From Acidobacteriota bacterium (GTDB taxonomy: Bacteria > Acidobacteriota > Polarisedimenticolia > J045): a stretch of DNA of 64,000 nucleotides. Below, piece after piece: positions 53,588 through 62,696 of this stretch. Position 1 is the first letter of the stretch, and every line of letters begins with the position of its first letter. A program made the translations under genes and the position numbers. Under the pieces are notes generated by a model. It was given only the letters and a program-made list of their open reading frames with translations, did no database searches and was not told where the DNA came from. The stretch lies in the NCBI GenBank assembly GCA_003696075.1, contig RFHH01000164.1, positions 12,749 to 76,748 of the forward strand. Direction: 5' to 3'.

Positions 53588-54740
53588 GCGCCTTCTCCCG
53601 CGACCGCCGCGGAAGGAGCAGCAGGAGCCGGGTCAGCAGGAGCACGGCCGTCGCCTTGGGGGCGAGCCAGCGGGAAGCGGGTGCGCCGGCCTTCAGGCGT
53701 GCGTATCGCAGCGAGAGCAGCGCCTCGTGCAGCACGCCCCGCCAGCGGAACGGGCCGGGCCACAGGAGTGCGCGCGCGAGGCAGGACTCGGCCCAGAACG
53801 GGCGCTCGACGCGCCCGAGAGCCGAGCGCAGGCAGGTCAGGCGCCTCGCCAGCCGCGCCGGCCGGGCCCGCACCGGCGCGCCGGTGCCGGGGCAGGCAGG
53901 GGCGATCCAGGGCCAGAGTTCCCGGGCGTAGCAGAGGGCGAGGTGGAAGTGCCTCCCCGCGCCGGAAGCCTCCGCGAACTCGGCCGCGCGTTCCAGCGTT
54001 CCGTCATCGGCGACCCGGCGCGCGAGACGGGCCACGTCACCCAGGTCGCGCAGCGTGACCGTGCCCGATGCGAGCGCGTGCCAGCTGAGGTACGCCAGCT
54101 CGTGGGCGGGATCGGGACGCAGGATGGAACCCAGCCTCCCGCCGGCGGGGCGGGCCTCGTTCCACCATGCGCCCATGTCGAACGAGACCGGATCGGTGCG
54201 AGGCGAGAGGTCCCAATGGAGCTCGACGACGGCGGCCGGTTTTCCCGGGCCCCGACTCCACGTCTCGTGATAGCGCTCGATTTCGGGATAGACGCTGGCG
54301 CGCCGGGTGTAACCCAGGCCGGCCATCGCCGTGCGCGCCGTCTCGAGTCCCTCCCGGTCGACCAGGATGTCGATGTCCTCGCACTCCCTCAGCGAGGGGT
54401 CCGCATAGAGGCTCTCGGCCAGAGCGACACCCTTGAGCGGCATGGCGCGCACGCCGCGCTGCGCCAGCAGGTCGAGCACTTCCCCTGCGAGGAGGAGCTG
54501 GGCGGCGTCGCGGGCCCGGAACTGCGCGTGGAGCGCCGCCGCCTCGGGATCGTCCCCGCGGCGCGCGCGCCACCAGGCGTAGAGGGGCAGCAGGCGATGG
54601 AGACGGGCCGTCTCGACCGCGCCACGAGGTTCCCGTCCGGCGGCCGGCCGCTCCGGGCGGAGGTCGGCCAGCGCCAAGTCCGCGAGCCATGCGAGAGGCT
54701 CCGGCAGGCCGGGCCTCACCGCTGCGATCGGCTCTTTCAT
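53547..54740 (-). CDS. Uncharacterised nucleotidyltransferase-family protein (PF14907 / NTP_transf_5-like)
   Basis: The nucleotidyltransferase core MPLKGVALAESLYADPSLRECEDIDILVD is present. The gene lies immediately downstream of lanA in the same orientation. The start was chosen at MKEPIAA. Confidence 0.6.
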   Translation of the reverse strand: MKEPIAAVRPGLPEPLAWLADLALADLRPERPAAGREPRGAVETARLHRLLPLYAWWRARRGDDPEAAALHAQFRARDAAQLLLAGEVLDLLAQRGVRAMPLKGVALAESLYADPSLRECEDIDILVDREGLETARTAMAGLGYTRRASVYPEIERYHETWSRGPGKPAAVVELHWDLSPRTDPVSFDMGAWWNEARPAGGRLGSILRPDPAHELAYLSWHALASGTVTLRDLGDVARLARRVADDGTLERAAEFAEASGAGRHFHLALCYARELWPWIAPACPGTGAPVRARPARLARRLTCLRSALGRVERPFWAESCLARALLWPGPFRWRGVLHEALLSLRYARLKAGAPASRWLAPKATAVLLLTRLLLLLPRRSREKALTLLARHSLRSPA

Positions 54741-54976
54741 CGGCGGCCGCCGGCCGCCTCGTGCCTCCGGGTCGGTTCGCGCACGTCGCTCCCCTCGTCC
54801 GGGCCCCCGCCGGCGGAGATATCGGATTATCGCCGAACCGCCCGGACAGCGGGTCGCCTCGGTCGATCGCCCGCTCCCCGGCGGGCGATCGAGGCCGTGG
54901 AGACCGGGGGCGGCCGAGCAGAAAAAGAGCAGAGTTCCCGATCGGAAGCCGGCCGGCCTCGTCCCGGAGAGCGAAC

Positions 54977-54998
54977 GGGCCGGGGAGATCCCCGGCCC
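54977..54998 (-). terminator. Perfect 9-bp GC stem-loop (GGGCCGGGG-AGAT-CCCCGGCCC) about 25 nt downstream of the lanA stop; candidate attenuator or transcript-stabilising hairpin
   Basis: An inverted repeat is read directly in the sequence. There is no canonical U-tract, so partial termination or read-through into the nucleotidyltransferase gene is possible. Confidence 0.3.
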
Positions 54999-55021
54999 GC
55001 CGCGGAAGAGGAAGCTGCCGG

Positions 55022-55216
55022 TCACAAGGTGATCGTGGGGCAATCGATGAAGGTGTGCGGGCACCAATTGGCCTGGGTGAAGCAGTAGATCTGCACCGTC
55101 CTTTTCTGCGCACCTCCGACGCGGGAGAGGTCCTCGCGCGTCAGGCGGCGGACGGTCTCGCGGTCGAGCGTGAGCCTCGGCTCGTCCCGCACGTCGTCGT
55201 TGCGTTCATGGTTCAT
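55022..55216 (-). CDS. lanA: Class I lanthipeptide precursor peptide (64 aa)
   Basis: The ATG at 55214-55216 is preceded by GGAGGA. The translation is MNHERNDDVRDEPRLTLDRETVRRLTREDLSRVGG|AQKRTVQIYCFTQANWCPHTFIDCPTITL. The leader has an FxLD-like box (LTLD) and a double-Gly cleavage site. The core has 3 Cys and 5 Thr. The gene sits next to the lanT/lanB/lanC genes. Confidence 0.8.
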   Translation of the reverse strand: MNHERNDDVRDEPRLTLDRETVRRLTREDLSRVGGAQKRTVQIYCFTQANWCPHTFIDCPTITL

Positions 55217-55401
55217 GGTCGGGTCCTCCAGGGCTCCCCGGAGCGTTCGCCCCGGGGGCCTCCACCCGGTTAGCACCGCGGCCGGGCGCATTTCACGCGA
55301 GGTTCTCCCGGCGAGACGGGCTTCCGGCGCCGCGGTCGCGCCCGGGTTTTGTCGTGGCACCGGGTTCATCGACTCGCCGGCCCTCGGATCCGCCCCTCGC
55401 C

Positions 55402-57690
55402 TCACGAACGCGCGGTCGCCGGACTCATCTGCGCGGCGACGAGGCGCGGGTAGATCCTCCCGTGCGCGAGCAGCTCGGCGTGCGTTCCGGTCTCCGCGAT
55501 CCGCCCGCGCTCGAGGACGACGATCCGGTCGGCATCGGCGACCGTGCTCAGCCGGTGGGCGATGACGATCTGCGTGACCCTCATCGATCTCAGGCGGTCG
55601 ACGACCGCGCGCTCGCCGAGCGCGTCGAGTTCGCTCGTCGCCTCGTCGAGGACGACGAGCGCCGGGCGGCGCGCGAAGACGCGGGCCAGCGCGAGCCGCT
55701 GGCGCTGCCCTCCGGAGAGCGACCGGCCGCCGTCCGGGAGCACGGTGTCGTAGCCGAGCGGCAGCGCGGCGATCTCCTCGTGGATCCCGGCGAGGCGAGC
55801 CGCCTCCACGATCCGCTCGCGCGTGCAGCGCGGATCGCCGAGCGAGACGTTGGCCGCCACCGAGGCGGCGAAGACGTAGGGGCGCTGGGGAACGATCCCC
55901 ATGCGCTGGCGGAGCGCGCCGGGGTCGAACGCTCTGCGGGGAACGCCGTCGTAGAGGATCTCGCCCTCCACGGGGTCCAGCAGACCGACGACGAGCCGGG
56001 CCAGCGTCGTCTTCCCGGCACCGGAGCGCCCGACGATCGCCACTCGCTCCCCGGGCCGGATCGCCAGGGAAACATCCCGGAGAACCCACGGCTCTCGCTC
56101 CCCGTAGCGGAAGGAAACCCGGCGGAGTTCCACGCCGCCCCGCAGCACGGGCGGCGCCGCAGACGGCGCCGGGCTCGAGTCGGCGGGAGTTTCGAGCACT
56201 TCGGCGATCCGCTCGGTGTGGCTGCGCAACCGCGCCAAGGAGAGACCGGTCGCGAGCATCCCGGCCAGCGGGGCGAGAAAGCCTCCCGCCAGCATCGACA
56301 GCGCCAGCATCGTCCCGACGGAGAGCCGTCCGTCGAGGACGGCCACGCCTGCCCCTCCGAGGACGGCCGCCGGCGCCGCCTGGCGAACGAGCAGCCCTGC
56401 GGCCTCGACCCAGGATTCCAGGCGGCCGCGCGCGAGCGCGGCGTTCAGCTCCTCGGCGTAGCGCTGCGCCCAGCTCCGGACGGCCTCACTCTCCGCGCCG
56501 AGCGCCTTGAGCGTTTCCATCCCCGCGAGCATCTCCACGAGCTCCCCCTGCTCCCGGGCGCGGCTTTCGAGTTCCGACGCGGCCAGTTCCCGCTCGCGCC
56601 GGCGCGACGCCGCGAGGAGCACCGCCTGCGCCGCCCCGGCCGAGAGCGCGATCGCCCCCGCGGGCGGCCAGATCCAGGCGAGCGCCGCCAGGTGGACCGC
56701 GGCGAACAGGGCGTCGAGCAGGCCGGAGAGGACGGCGCCGGTCAGCGCATCCCGCACGACGCGATTGCTCGCGAGGCGGGTGAGCAGGTCTCCCGAAGAG
56801 TGGGCCAGAAAGAAGGCGTACGGGAGGCGGGCCAGGTGCTCGACGAACGCGGTCGACAGCCGTTCCTCGAGGAGCGTGCGCAGGGCGACCAGCGCGCGCC
56901 CGCGGGCCAGCGTCGCCAGCGCCGATCCCGCGGCGACGCCCAGCAATCCCGCGACGAAGGCGACGAGGACGGCGCTCTTCGCCCCCGGCGCGATCCTGTC
57001 GACGAGGCTCCCCGTCAGCAGCGGAACCGCGAGCGCACCGAGCTGGACGGCGAGCGTGAGAGCGAGGCAGACCGCGACCCTCCCCTTGTGTCTCCAGAGG
57101 AGCGGGAGCAGCCAGTGACGCCGCCGAGACGAGGGAACGGCCGCCGGGCACGGGCGCGGCTCGAAGACCAGTGCCACCCCTGTGAACTCGCGGCGGAGGA
57201 GCTCGCGCGAGACCTTCCGCCGGCCGAACGAGGGATCGACGACGACGGCGCCGCGCCGGGTGGCCCGCTCGAAGACGACGAAGTGGTCGAATCCCCAGTG
57301 CAGGATCGACCCCGGGGGGAGGAAGCGAAGATCGCCCAGCGACAGCCGGAGGCCGCGGCCCGACAGGCCCCAGCGTTCCGCCGCGTCCACGATGTCGCGC
57401 GCCGTCGCGCCGCCCGCGCTCCGGCCCAGAGCGGCCCGCACGGTGCCAAGAGGGACGCGGCGCCCGTGCGCGGCGAGGACCATCGCCAGGCAGGCGGCGG
57501 CGCAGTCCGACTCCGAAAAGCCGGCGACGAAGGGGATCCGGCGGCGGCGGAAACGGCGCACCCGGACCGGCTCGCCGTAGCGTCCGCGCCGCGCGTGGTG
57601 GCGCAGCGCCTCCGCGCGGAACAGGGCCCGGCGGCCCGCTCTCGTCCCGTTTCCCCCGGCGCGGGCGCCCGTCTCCGGTCCGGTGCTCAT
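55402..57690 (-). CDS. lanT: Peptidase-C39-domain ABC transporter (bacteriocin / lanthipeptide processing exporter)
   Basis: An N-terminal C39 domain with catalytic Cys (FSESDCAAACLAMVLA) is followed by six transmembrane helices and an ABC ATPase with Walker A (GRSGAGKTT), signature (LSGGQRQR) and Walker B (LVVLDEATS) motifs. ATGA overlap with the lanB stop. Confidence 0.9.
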   Translation of the reverse strand: MSTGPETGARAGGNGTRAGRRALFRAEALRHHARRGRYGEPVRVRRFRRRRIPFVAGFSESDCAAACLAMVLAAHGRRVPLGTVRAALGRSAGGATARDIVDAAERWGLSGRGLRLSLGDLRFLPPGSILHWGFDHFVVFERATRRGAVVVDPSFGRRKVSRELLRREFTGVALVFEPRPCPAAVPSSRRRHWLLPLLWRHKGRVAVCLALTLAVQLGALAVPLLTGSLVDRIAPGAKSAVLVAFVAGLLGVAAGSALATLARGRALVALRTLLEERLSTAFVEHLARLPYAFFLAHSSGDLLTRLASNRVVRDALTGAVLSGLLDALFAAVHLAALAWIWPPAGAIALSAGAAQAVLLAASRRRERELAASELESRAREQGELVEMLAGMETLKALGAESEAVRSWAQRYAEELNAALARGRLESWVEAAGLLVRQAAPAAVLGGAGVAVLDGRLSVGTMLALSMLAGGFLAPLAGMLATGLSLARLRSHTERIAEVLETPADSSPAPSAAPPVLRGGVELRRVSFRYGEREPWVLRDVSLAIRPGERVAIVGRSGAGKTTLARLVVGLLDPVEGEILYDGVPRRAFDPGALRQRMGIVPQRPYVFAASVAANVSLGDPRCTRERIVEAARLAGIHEEIAALPLGYDTVLPDGGRSLSGGQRQRLALARVFARRPALVVLDEATSELDALGERAVVDRLRSMRVTQIVIAHRLSTVADADRIVVLERGRIAETGTHAELLAHGRIYPRLVAAQMSPATARS

Positions 57691-60600
57691 CGCGCCATGG
57701 CCCGGGGGGCGGTGGCCGGCGCGCGCGCGGCGCGGGAGGTCTCGATCCGCCCCAGGAAGTCGCCCACGACCAGCTCGCAGGCGCGGTGGAGGTCCCGCAT
57801 GATCCGGTTCACGGCCATGTGGGCGAGGCTCGCGGCGATCTCGGCGACCGAGCACGACAGGCGGCGCGAGCGCTCGAGAGAGCGCAACTCGAGCCCGAGC
57901 CGGCGGGCCGCCTCGTCGCGGCGCTCGAGGATGGCGAGCATCCCCGCCTCCCAGTCCTCCACCGCCTCGCCGGCGAGGAGCCGTTCGAGCCGTCCCCTCT
58001 CCTCGCGCAGCCTGGAAGCGAGCGCGCGGCGCAGTGCGGCGGCGTCCGGCAGGAAGCGCGCCGCCCCCTCGCGGATACCTCCGGCAAGGGCAGCCCGCGC
58101 TCCGGCTTCGAAGCCGAGTGCGGCCAGAAGGCGGCCGACCGACAGGAATGCCGCCAGCCAGCGCTCCGAGTCGCGGCCCGTTTCGCGGAGGATCTCCAGG
58201 AGATCGACCGCCGCGTCGCTGTCGGCACCGAAGAACCGCTCGACCCGCTCGATCGCCTCCGCTCCGCCGTAGCGCTCGATCTCGCGCCGGTAGGTGTCGA
58301 GCGCGACGCGCACGAGCCCGCCGTCCTCGAGCGCGCGGCGCGCCGGGCGGAGCAGCACCTCCTGCGCCTGTGCAACGTCCGGGCCGAGGGCGCGGACGCG
58401 CAGCCGGACGTGCGGATCGGGATCGGCGTACCGGACGAAAAACCAGCAGGCGGCGCTGCGCGAGGCGACCAGCGCGCGGGCCGCCGGGGCCATCTCCCGG
58501 AGGAGGAGATCCTCCGCCGAGGAGGGCCCGGCATAGAACTTCAACGTGATCCACTCGCTTCCCGGGGCGAAGCACCGGCGGGTGACCGCGGCGGGAGCGG
58601 GGCGCGGTGGCGCCGCGCGCGCGGGGCGGGGAGCGGAAAAGAACGGAACCACCGCCTCGACCGCGTAGGCGCCGTCCGGGCCCTGCCCGGGATAGCGGTC
58701 CGGCGGCGGGAACCACTCCCGCAGCTCGACGCGGCCGCGTGAGCGCGCGGTCCGCGCGAACAGCTCCGCCAGGAGGACGTTCTCGAAGTCGATGGGGAGT
58801 TCGTGATCGAACTCGGCGATCACCACCCGCCGGGGTAAGCCGCGCCGCTCGCGCCAGCTCCGCAGGCGGCGGATCAACGAGGCCCCGCGCTGATCCGCCC
58901 ACGCCTCCCAGTCGTCCCGCGCCACGGTCCAGCGGGCGCGCGCGAGCACGACGCCGCGCCACACGACCCGCGGGAGCCACCGCGCCGAGCCGACGGGGCC
59001 CCAGTCCCAGGCGACACCCGGGAGGAGATCCTGCGCGGCCAGGGAGGTCAGGAACCGGTAGACCGGAAGCGCGTTCGGCGCCACGTGATGGGCGCTCGAC
59101 AGGAGCGGAACGACCTCCCGCCCGTGCCGCCGCGAGTGCAGCACGACCCTCCCCTCCTCCACGGAGACCAGGAGGTCGTCCAAGGGCAGGACTTGCGGCG
59201 AGCCGCCGCGGCCGGCGAGGCAGGGGATCTCGTAACGCCGGAGGGCCGGCCGCTCGAGGACGTTCCCGGCGCTGCCGCCAGGGTCGTGCACGACCTCGGC
59301 GAGAAGCACGCCCGGCCACAGCTCCTCCTCGCGCCTGGCCAGCTCGCCAAGGTGCCGTTCGAGCTCGCCGTCGAGCGCTGCGAAGCGGGCGAGCAGGCGC
59401 GCCCCCGTGGGACCGCTCGCGCCGCGGAACAGGATCGACGGAGCGCGGCCCGAGGGACGCGCGAAGGCGACGAGGGCCGCGAGCGAGGGCGGCAACGGCC
59501 GCGGCGCAGCGGCCTCCATCCGGGCGATCGTCCGCTCGTCGAGCTCGATTTCGGCGGCGCCCGACTCCCAGGCGCGGCGGGCGAGATCCAGCAGCGCCTC
59601 CTCGCGGGGACCCCAGGGCGCGCGGCGCGCGGCGCGGGAACCCGGCGCGATCGGCAGCTCGCCGATCCACCCGGCGGCTGCCGGACGCGGTCCGGCGAAG
59701 GCCTCGAGCAGGCCCGTCTCCGCGTCGAGGGCAGCCAGGAGGGGCACGCGCTCGCGGCCGTAGCGTTCGACGAAGGCGTCCCGGAACCGGTCGAGATCGG
59801 TGGGCGCGGGCTCGGGCGCCGTCCGGTGGAGCAGGCGGATCGCGCCGGCGATCCGGGAGATCGACTCCTCGCCGAGCCGGATCCGCGACCCGGTGCGATA
59901 GCTGTCGGCGCGCACGAAGCGGGCGTCTTCCGCGCCGCCGGAAAGGCTCCGGAGATCGGCCCGGAGCCGCTCGCACGCGGCGGGCAGCGAAACGAGCGGA
60001 GCGGCGTCGATGCGATCGAGAACGGAAAGCGTCCGCGCAAGCACCCTCCCCGCGTCGGAACCGGCCCCGGCGAGGCGAGCGGCGAGATCGCGCTGCGGAT
60101 CCCGTCCCGTGAAGCACGGGCGGGCCTCCGGCTGGAGCAGCTGGCAGTCGACCAGCTCGCGAACGAAGGCCTCCGCGGCCTTTCGCTCGTGGCCCTCGGC
60201 GACCAGCAGGTCCACCGCCTCCCCGAAGCTCAGCCCCCGGCGAGCGGCGGCGACGAGGCGATCCAGCGGCCCGCTCGGTCGGACCGCCACCTCCTCGGCG
60301 CCCGTCTCGGTGCCGGGGAGGCCCGGCCTCGCCGCGAACCGCCACTTGCCGGCCGCGCGGTAGAGCGTTTCGTTGGCGGTGAGGCGCTCCGCCTCCGGGC
60401 CTTTCGTTCCGCGCCGGAACCGGGCGAGCCATCGCGCCAGGAACGCGGAATCGAGGCGGGTGCGGCGCCGGATCGACTCCCGCGACCCGATCCGGAACTC
60501 GTCGCCCCCGCCGACGTGCGCGAGGGCGCAGGCGGAGAACAGGCCGAACGGGGTGGGCCGGCACGACATGCGGAGGAGGTAGGACAGGGCCGCTTCCTCG

Positions 60601-60902
60601 ACCCGCGCGCCGGAGCCGGGGTGGCCGCCCGCCCAGAGATCGAAGCGTCGCGCCAGATCGGGCGAGGCGATCCAGATCGCGGCCCGCACCGAGGGATCGC
60701 GCCACCGCTCGCGGACGAAATCCCGCATCCGCTCGCGATCCCTCTCCGCCGCGGGGATCAGGTCGCCGCCGGACGCGGAGGGTGCGGCGAGGCCCTCGAA
60801 GACGGGCCGGACGGCGGATCCCGGAAAGAGGGGGATCCGCGCCAGGGCGAATCCGGCGGGCGTCAAGGGCACGGTGGCGTTCCCGCGGCGTTTCATCGCC
60901 AT
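57687..60902 (-). CDS. lanB: Lanthipeptide dehydratase (class I LanB, full length with C-terminal elimination domain)
   Basis: The N-terminal region (FALARIPLFP...) matches the Lant_dehydr_N family. The C-terminal SpaB_C / thiopeptide-type domain carries WFFVRYADPDPHVRLRV. At about 1071 aa it is a typical LanB size. Its start overlaps the lanC stop. Confidence 0.9.
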   Translation of the reverse strand: MAMKRRGNATVPLTPAGFALARIPLFPGSAVRPVFEGLAAPSASGGDLIPAAERDRERMRDFVRERWRDPSVRAAIWIASPDLARRFDLWAGGHPGSGARVEEAALSYLLRMSCRPTPFGLFSACALAHVGGGDEFRIGSRESIRRRTRLDSAFLARWLARFRRGTKGPEAERLTANETLYRAAGKWRFAARPGLPGTETGAEEVAVRPSGPLDRLVAAARRGLSFGEAVDLLVAEGHERKAAEAFVRELVDCQLLQPEARPCFTGRDPQRDLAARLAGAGSDAGRVLARTLSVLDRIDAAPLVSLPAACERLRADLRSLSGGAEDARFVRADSYRTGSRIRLGEESISRIAGAIRLLHRTAPEPAPTDLDRFRDAFVERYGRERVPLLAALDAETGLLEAFAGPRPAAAGWIGELPIAPGSRAARRAPWGPREEALLDLARRAWESGAAEIELDERTIARMEAAAPRPLPPSLAALVAFARPSGRAPSILFRGASGPTGARLLARFAALDGELERHLGELARREEELWPGVLLAEVVHDPGGSAGNVLERPALRRYEIPCLAGRGGSPQVLPLDDLLVSVEEGRVVLHSRRHGREVVPLLSSAHHVAPNALPVYRFLTSLAAQDLLPGVAWDWGPVGSARWLPRVVWRGVVLARARWTVARDDWEAWADQRGASLIRRLRSWRERRGLPRRVVIAEFDHELPIDFENVLLAELFARTARSRGRVELREWFPPPDRYPGQGPDGAYAVEAVVPFFSAPRPARAAPPRPAPAAVTRRCFAPGSEWITLKFYAGPSSAEDLLLREMAPAARALVASRSAACWFFVRYADPDPHVRLRVRALGPDVAQAQEVLLRPARRALEDGGLVRVALDTYRREIERYGGAEAIERVERFFGADSDAAVDLLEILRETGRDSERWLAAFLSVGRLLAALGFEAGARAALAGGIREGAARFLPDAAALRRALASRLREERGRLERLLAGEAVEDWEAGMLAILERRDEAARRLGLELRSLERSRRLSCSVAEIAASLAHMAVNRIMRDLHRACELVVGDFLGRIETSRAARAPATAPRAMAR

Positions 60903-62156
60903 CCTCCCACCTCGGGCGCGGAGAGCAGGAGCACGCGGTCCCAGGCCGGCGGTTCCGGTCCCAGTGCCTCGAGGAGCACGAGGCCGACACCCGCGGCCCC
61001 GATCAGGAAGCAGCGCCGCTCCCCCGGCGTCGGGGCCCGCCCCGGCGCCGGGCCCGGGACGGGCTCCAGCCCGGCGATCCCGCCGACGTCCGGCCGGTGG
61101 AAATCGACCGCCCGGCGCAGCCACCGGCGGGCGGCGCGGAGCAGAGCGGGGACACGCAGGGCGCGGCCGAGGCGGCCGCACAGGTGGGCCACGCCGGCCG
61201 CTCCGTGGCAGAGGCTGGCGTCGGCCACGCCCGCGAGCTTCGGCGGGAGAAAGCCGGCCCGCAGCGCGAGGGCCCGCGCCCGGGCGCACCAGCGCCGATC
61301 GCCCGTGACCCGAGACGCCATGGCCATCGCGGACGCGACGCCGAGATCGCCGTAGCACCACCCCAGCCGCGAGCGCGCGGGGCGACCGGCTGCACGGCCG
61401 GTCATCGCCGGGAACCGGAGCGCCCCCCCGCGACGCTGCATCCGCCAGGTCCAACGGAGCGCCCCGGAGATCACGGACCGCAGCTCCTCGTCGTCACCGG
61501 GGCCGGCCGCTGCCGCGCGCGCGAGGAAGGCGGCGACGCCGGGGACGCCGTGCGCCAGGCCGAGGTTGTACTCGTAGTCACCGAAAGGTGTGGCCCAGCG
61601 GACGCCGGACCCGTCGCGCTCGGCGCGGCGCACGATCCGCCGCACCGCCTCCTCGAGCGCCCGGCCGGCCTCGCGATTCCCGCCGCGCTCGAGCGCTGCG
61701 ACACCGTAGCCGGCGAGACCGTACATCAGCTCGACCGGCGCCGTATCGCCGGCCCGGCGGCACAGCCCGCCGATGAGAGCGTCGGCGGGCCGCACCGCGC
61801 GCTCGAAGGCCAGGGGAAGCAGGCCTTCGCGCGCGAGGTGGGCCGCGACCCAGACCGGGCCGAGGAGCCCGCCGAAGAGCGCCGCGCTCGAGCAGCGGCG
61901 CGGCGCGGCGGCCAGCGCCGCGGAGAGCCGGAGCGCGGCGGCGCGCGACCAGCGCTCCGAGCCGAACGAACGCCCGGCGTAGGCGAGGAAGAGCGCGACG
62001 CCGGCGGTGCCGGTGGCGAGGGTGGGGTCGTGTGCGTCCTCTTCATCGCCCGCCAGCGTCTCGGCGATGGCCTCGACCGAGGCCCGCGCGCGGCGGCCGA
62101 GCTGCCGGTCCACCGGAAGGAAGGCCGCGCGGGCGCGATCCTGGACAGCGGCTGCC
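60893..62156 (-). CDS. lanC: Lanthionine synthetase C-like cyclase
   Basis: The three zinc-ligand motifs of LanC are present: GLAHGVPG, WCYGDLG and LCHGAAG. The start was chosen at MAAAVQ; the track ORF extends to 62299. Confidence 0.85.
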
Positions 62157-62291
62157 ATCGGCTCCGGCTCCCGTACCGATGGCACCGCGGCGGCTCTCTT
62201 TTCACGGCGCGGCGAGCGGATGCCGGAGTAGGATGTGGCCAGCGCCGCCGGCCGCGCCGCGGTCCGGCGTGCGGCGGGAGAAGGCGAGCCG

Positions 62292-62555
62292 ATGGGCAAG
62301 AAGAAGGGCTACGGGCGGGTCATATGGCCCGGCTTTTCGTACAAGCCGGCACCCCGCCATCTCGTGAAGGTCGGCCGGAACGATCCCTGCCCCTGCGGGT
62401 CCGGCCGCAAGTACAAGGAGTGCCACGAAAGCGAAGGGGACGCGTTCCTGGAGCGGCTGGCGCTCGAGGAGCAGAAGCGCCGGATCCGGGAGCGGCGGGA
62501 GCAGCTCAAGCGGGAGGGCGTTCCCTGGTACAAGCGCCTGTTCCTCCGGCGCTGA
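62292..62555 (+). CDS. Small SEC-C-motif (zinc-binding) protein
   Basis: The gene has a GGAGAAGG Shine-Dalgarno sequence, and the motif [16 protein letters not shown] is the SEC-C metal-binding signature. Confidence 0.65.
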   Translation: MGKKKGYGRVIWPGFSYKPAPRHLVKVGRNDPCPCGSGRKYKECHESEGDAFLERLALEEQKRRIRERREQLKREGVPWYKRLFLRR

Positions 62556-62696
62556 GCCGCTCGCGGAAGCGGTCGGGGCCCCGATCCGAAAACTGGCGAA
62601 CCATAACGAACAAGGAGCCAGCTCAAGTCGCGGCCCCTCCGGCCGAGGAGTCCGGCAGGGCGGGTGCGCGCCGCCGGTCGGGCCGAGGGAGCCGGC

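Noticed and set aside
55402-61454. Track ORFs of 1862 aa (55402-60990) and 1255 aa (57687-61454)
   Set aside because: These are composites. The real LanT starts at the Met at 57690 and the real LanB at 60902. Their upstream portions are antisense or out-of-frame low-complexity sequence typical of stop-poor high-GC DNA.
62292-62555. The small SEC-C-motif ORF as the lanthipeptide precursor
   Set aside because: It has a zinc-knuckle CPCGSG...ECH motif and a Lys/Arg-rich helical tail, with no GG leader site and no Ser/Thr/Cys-rich core. The true precursor is at 55022-55216.
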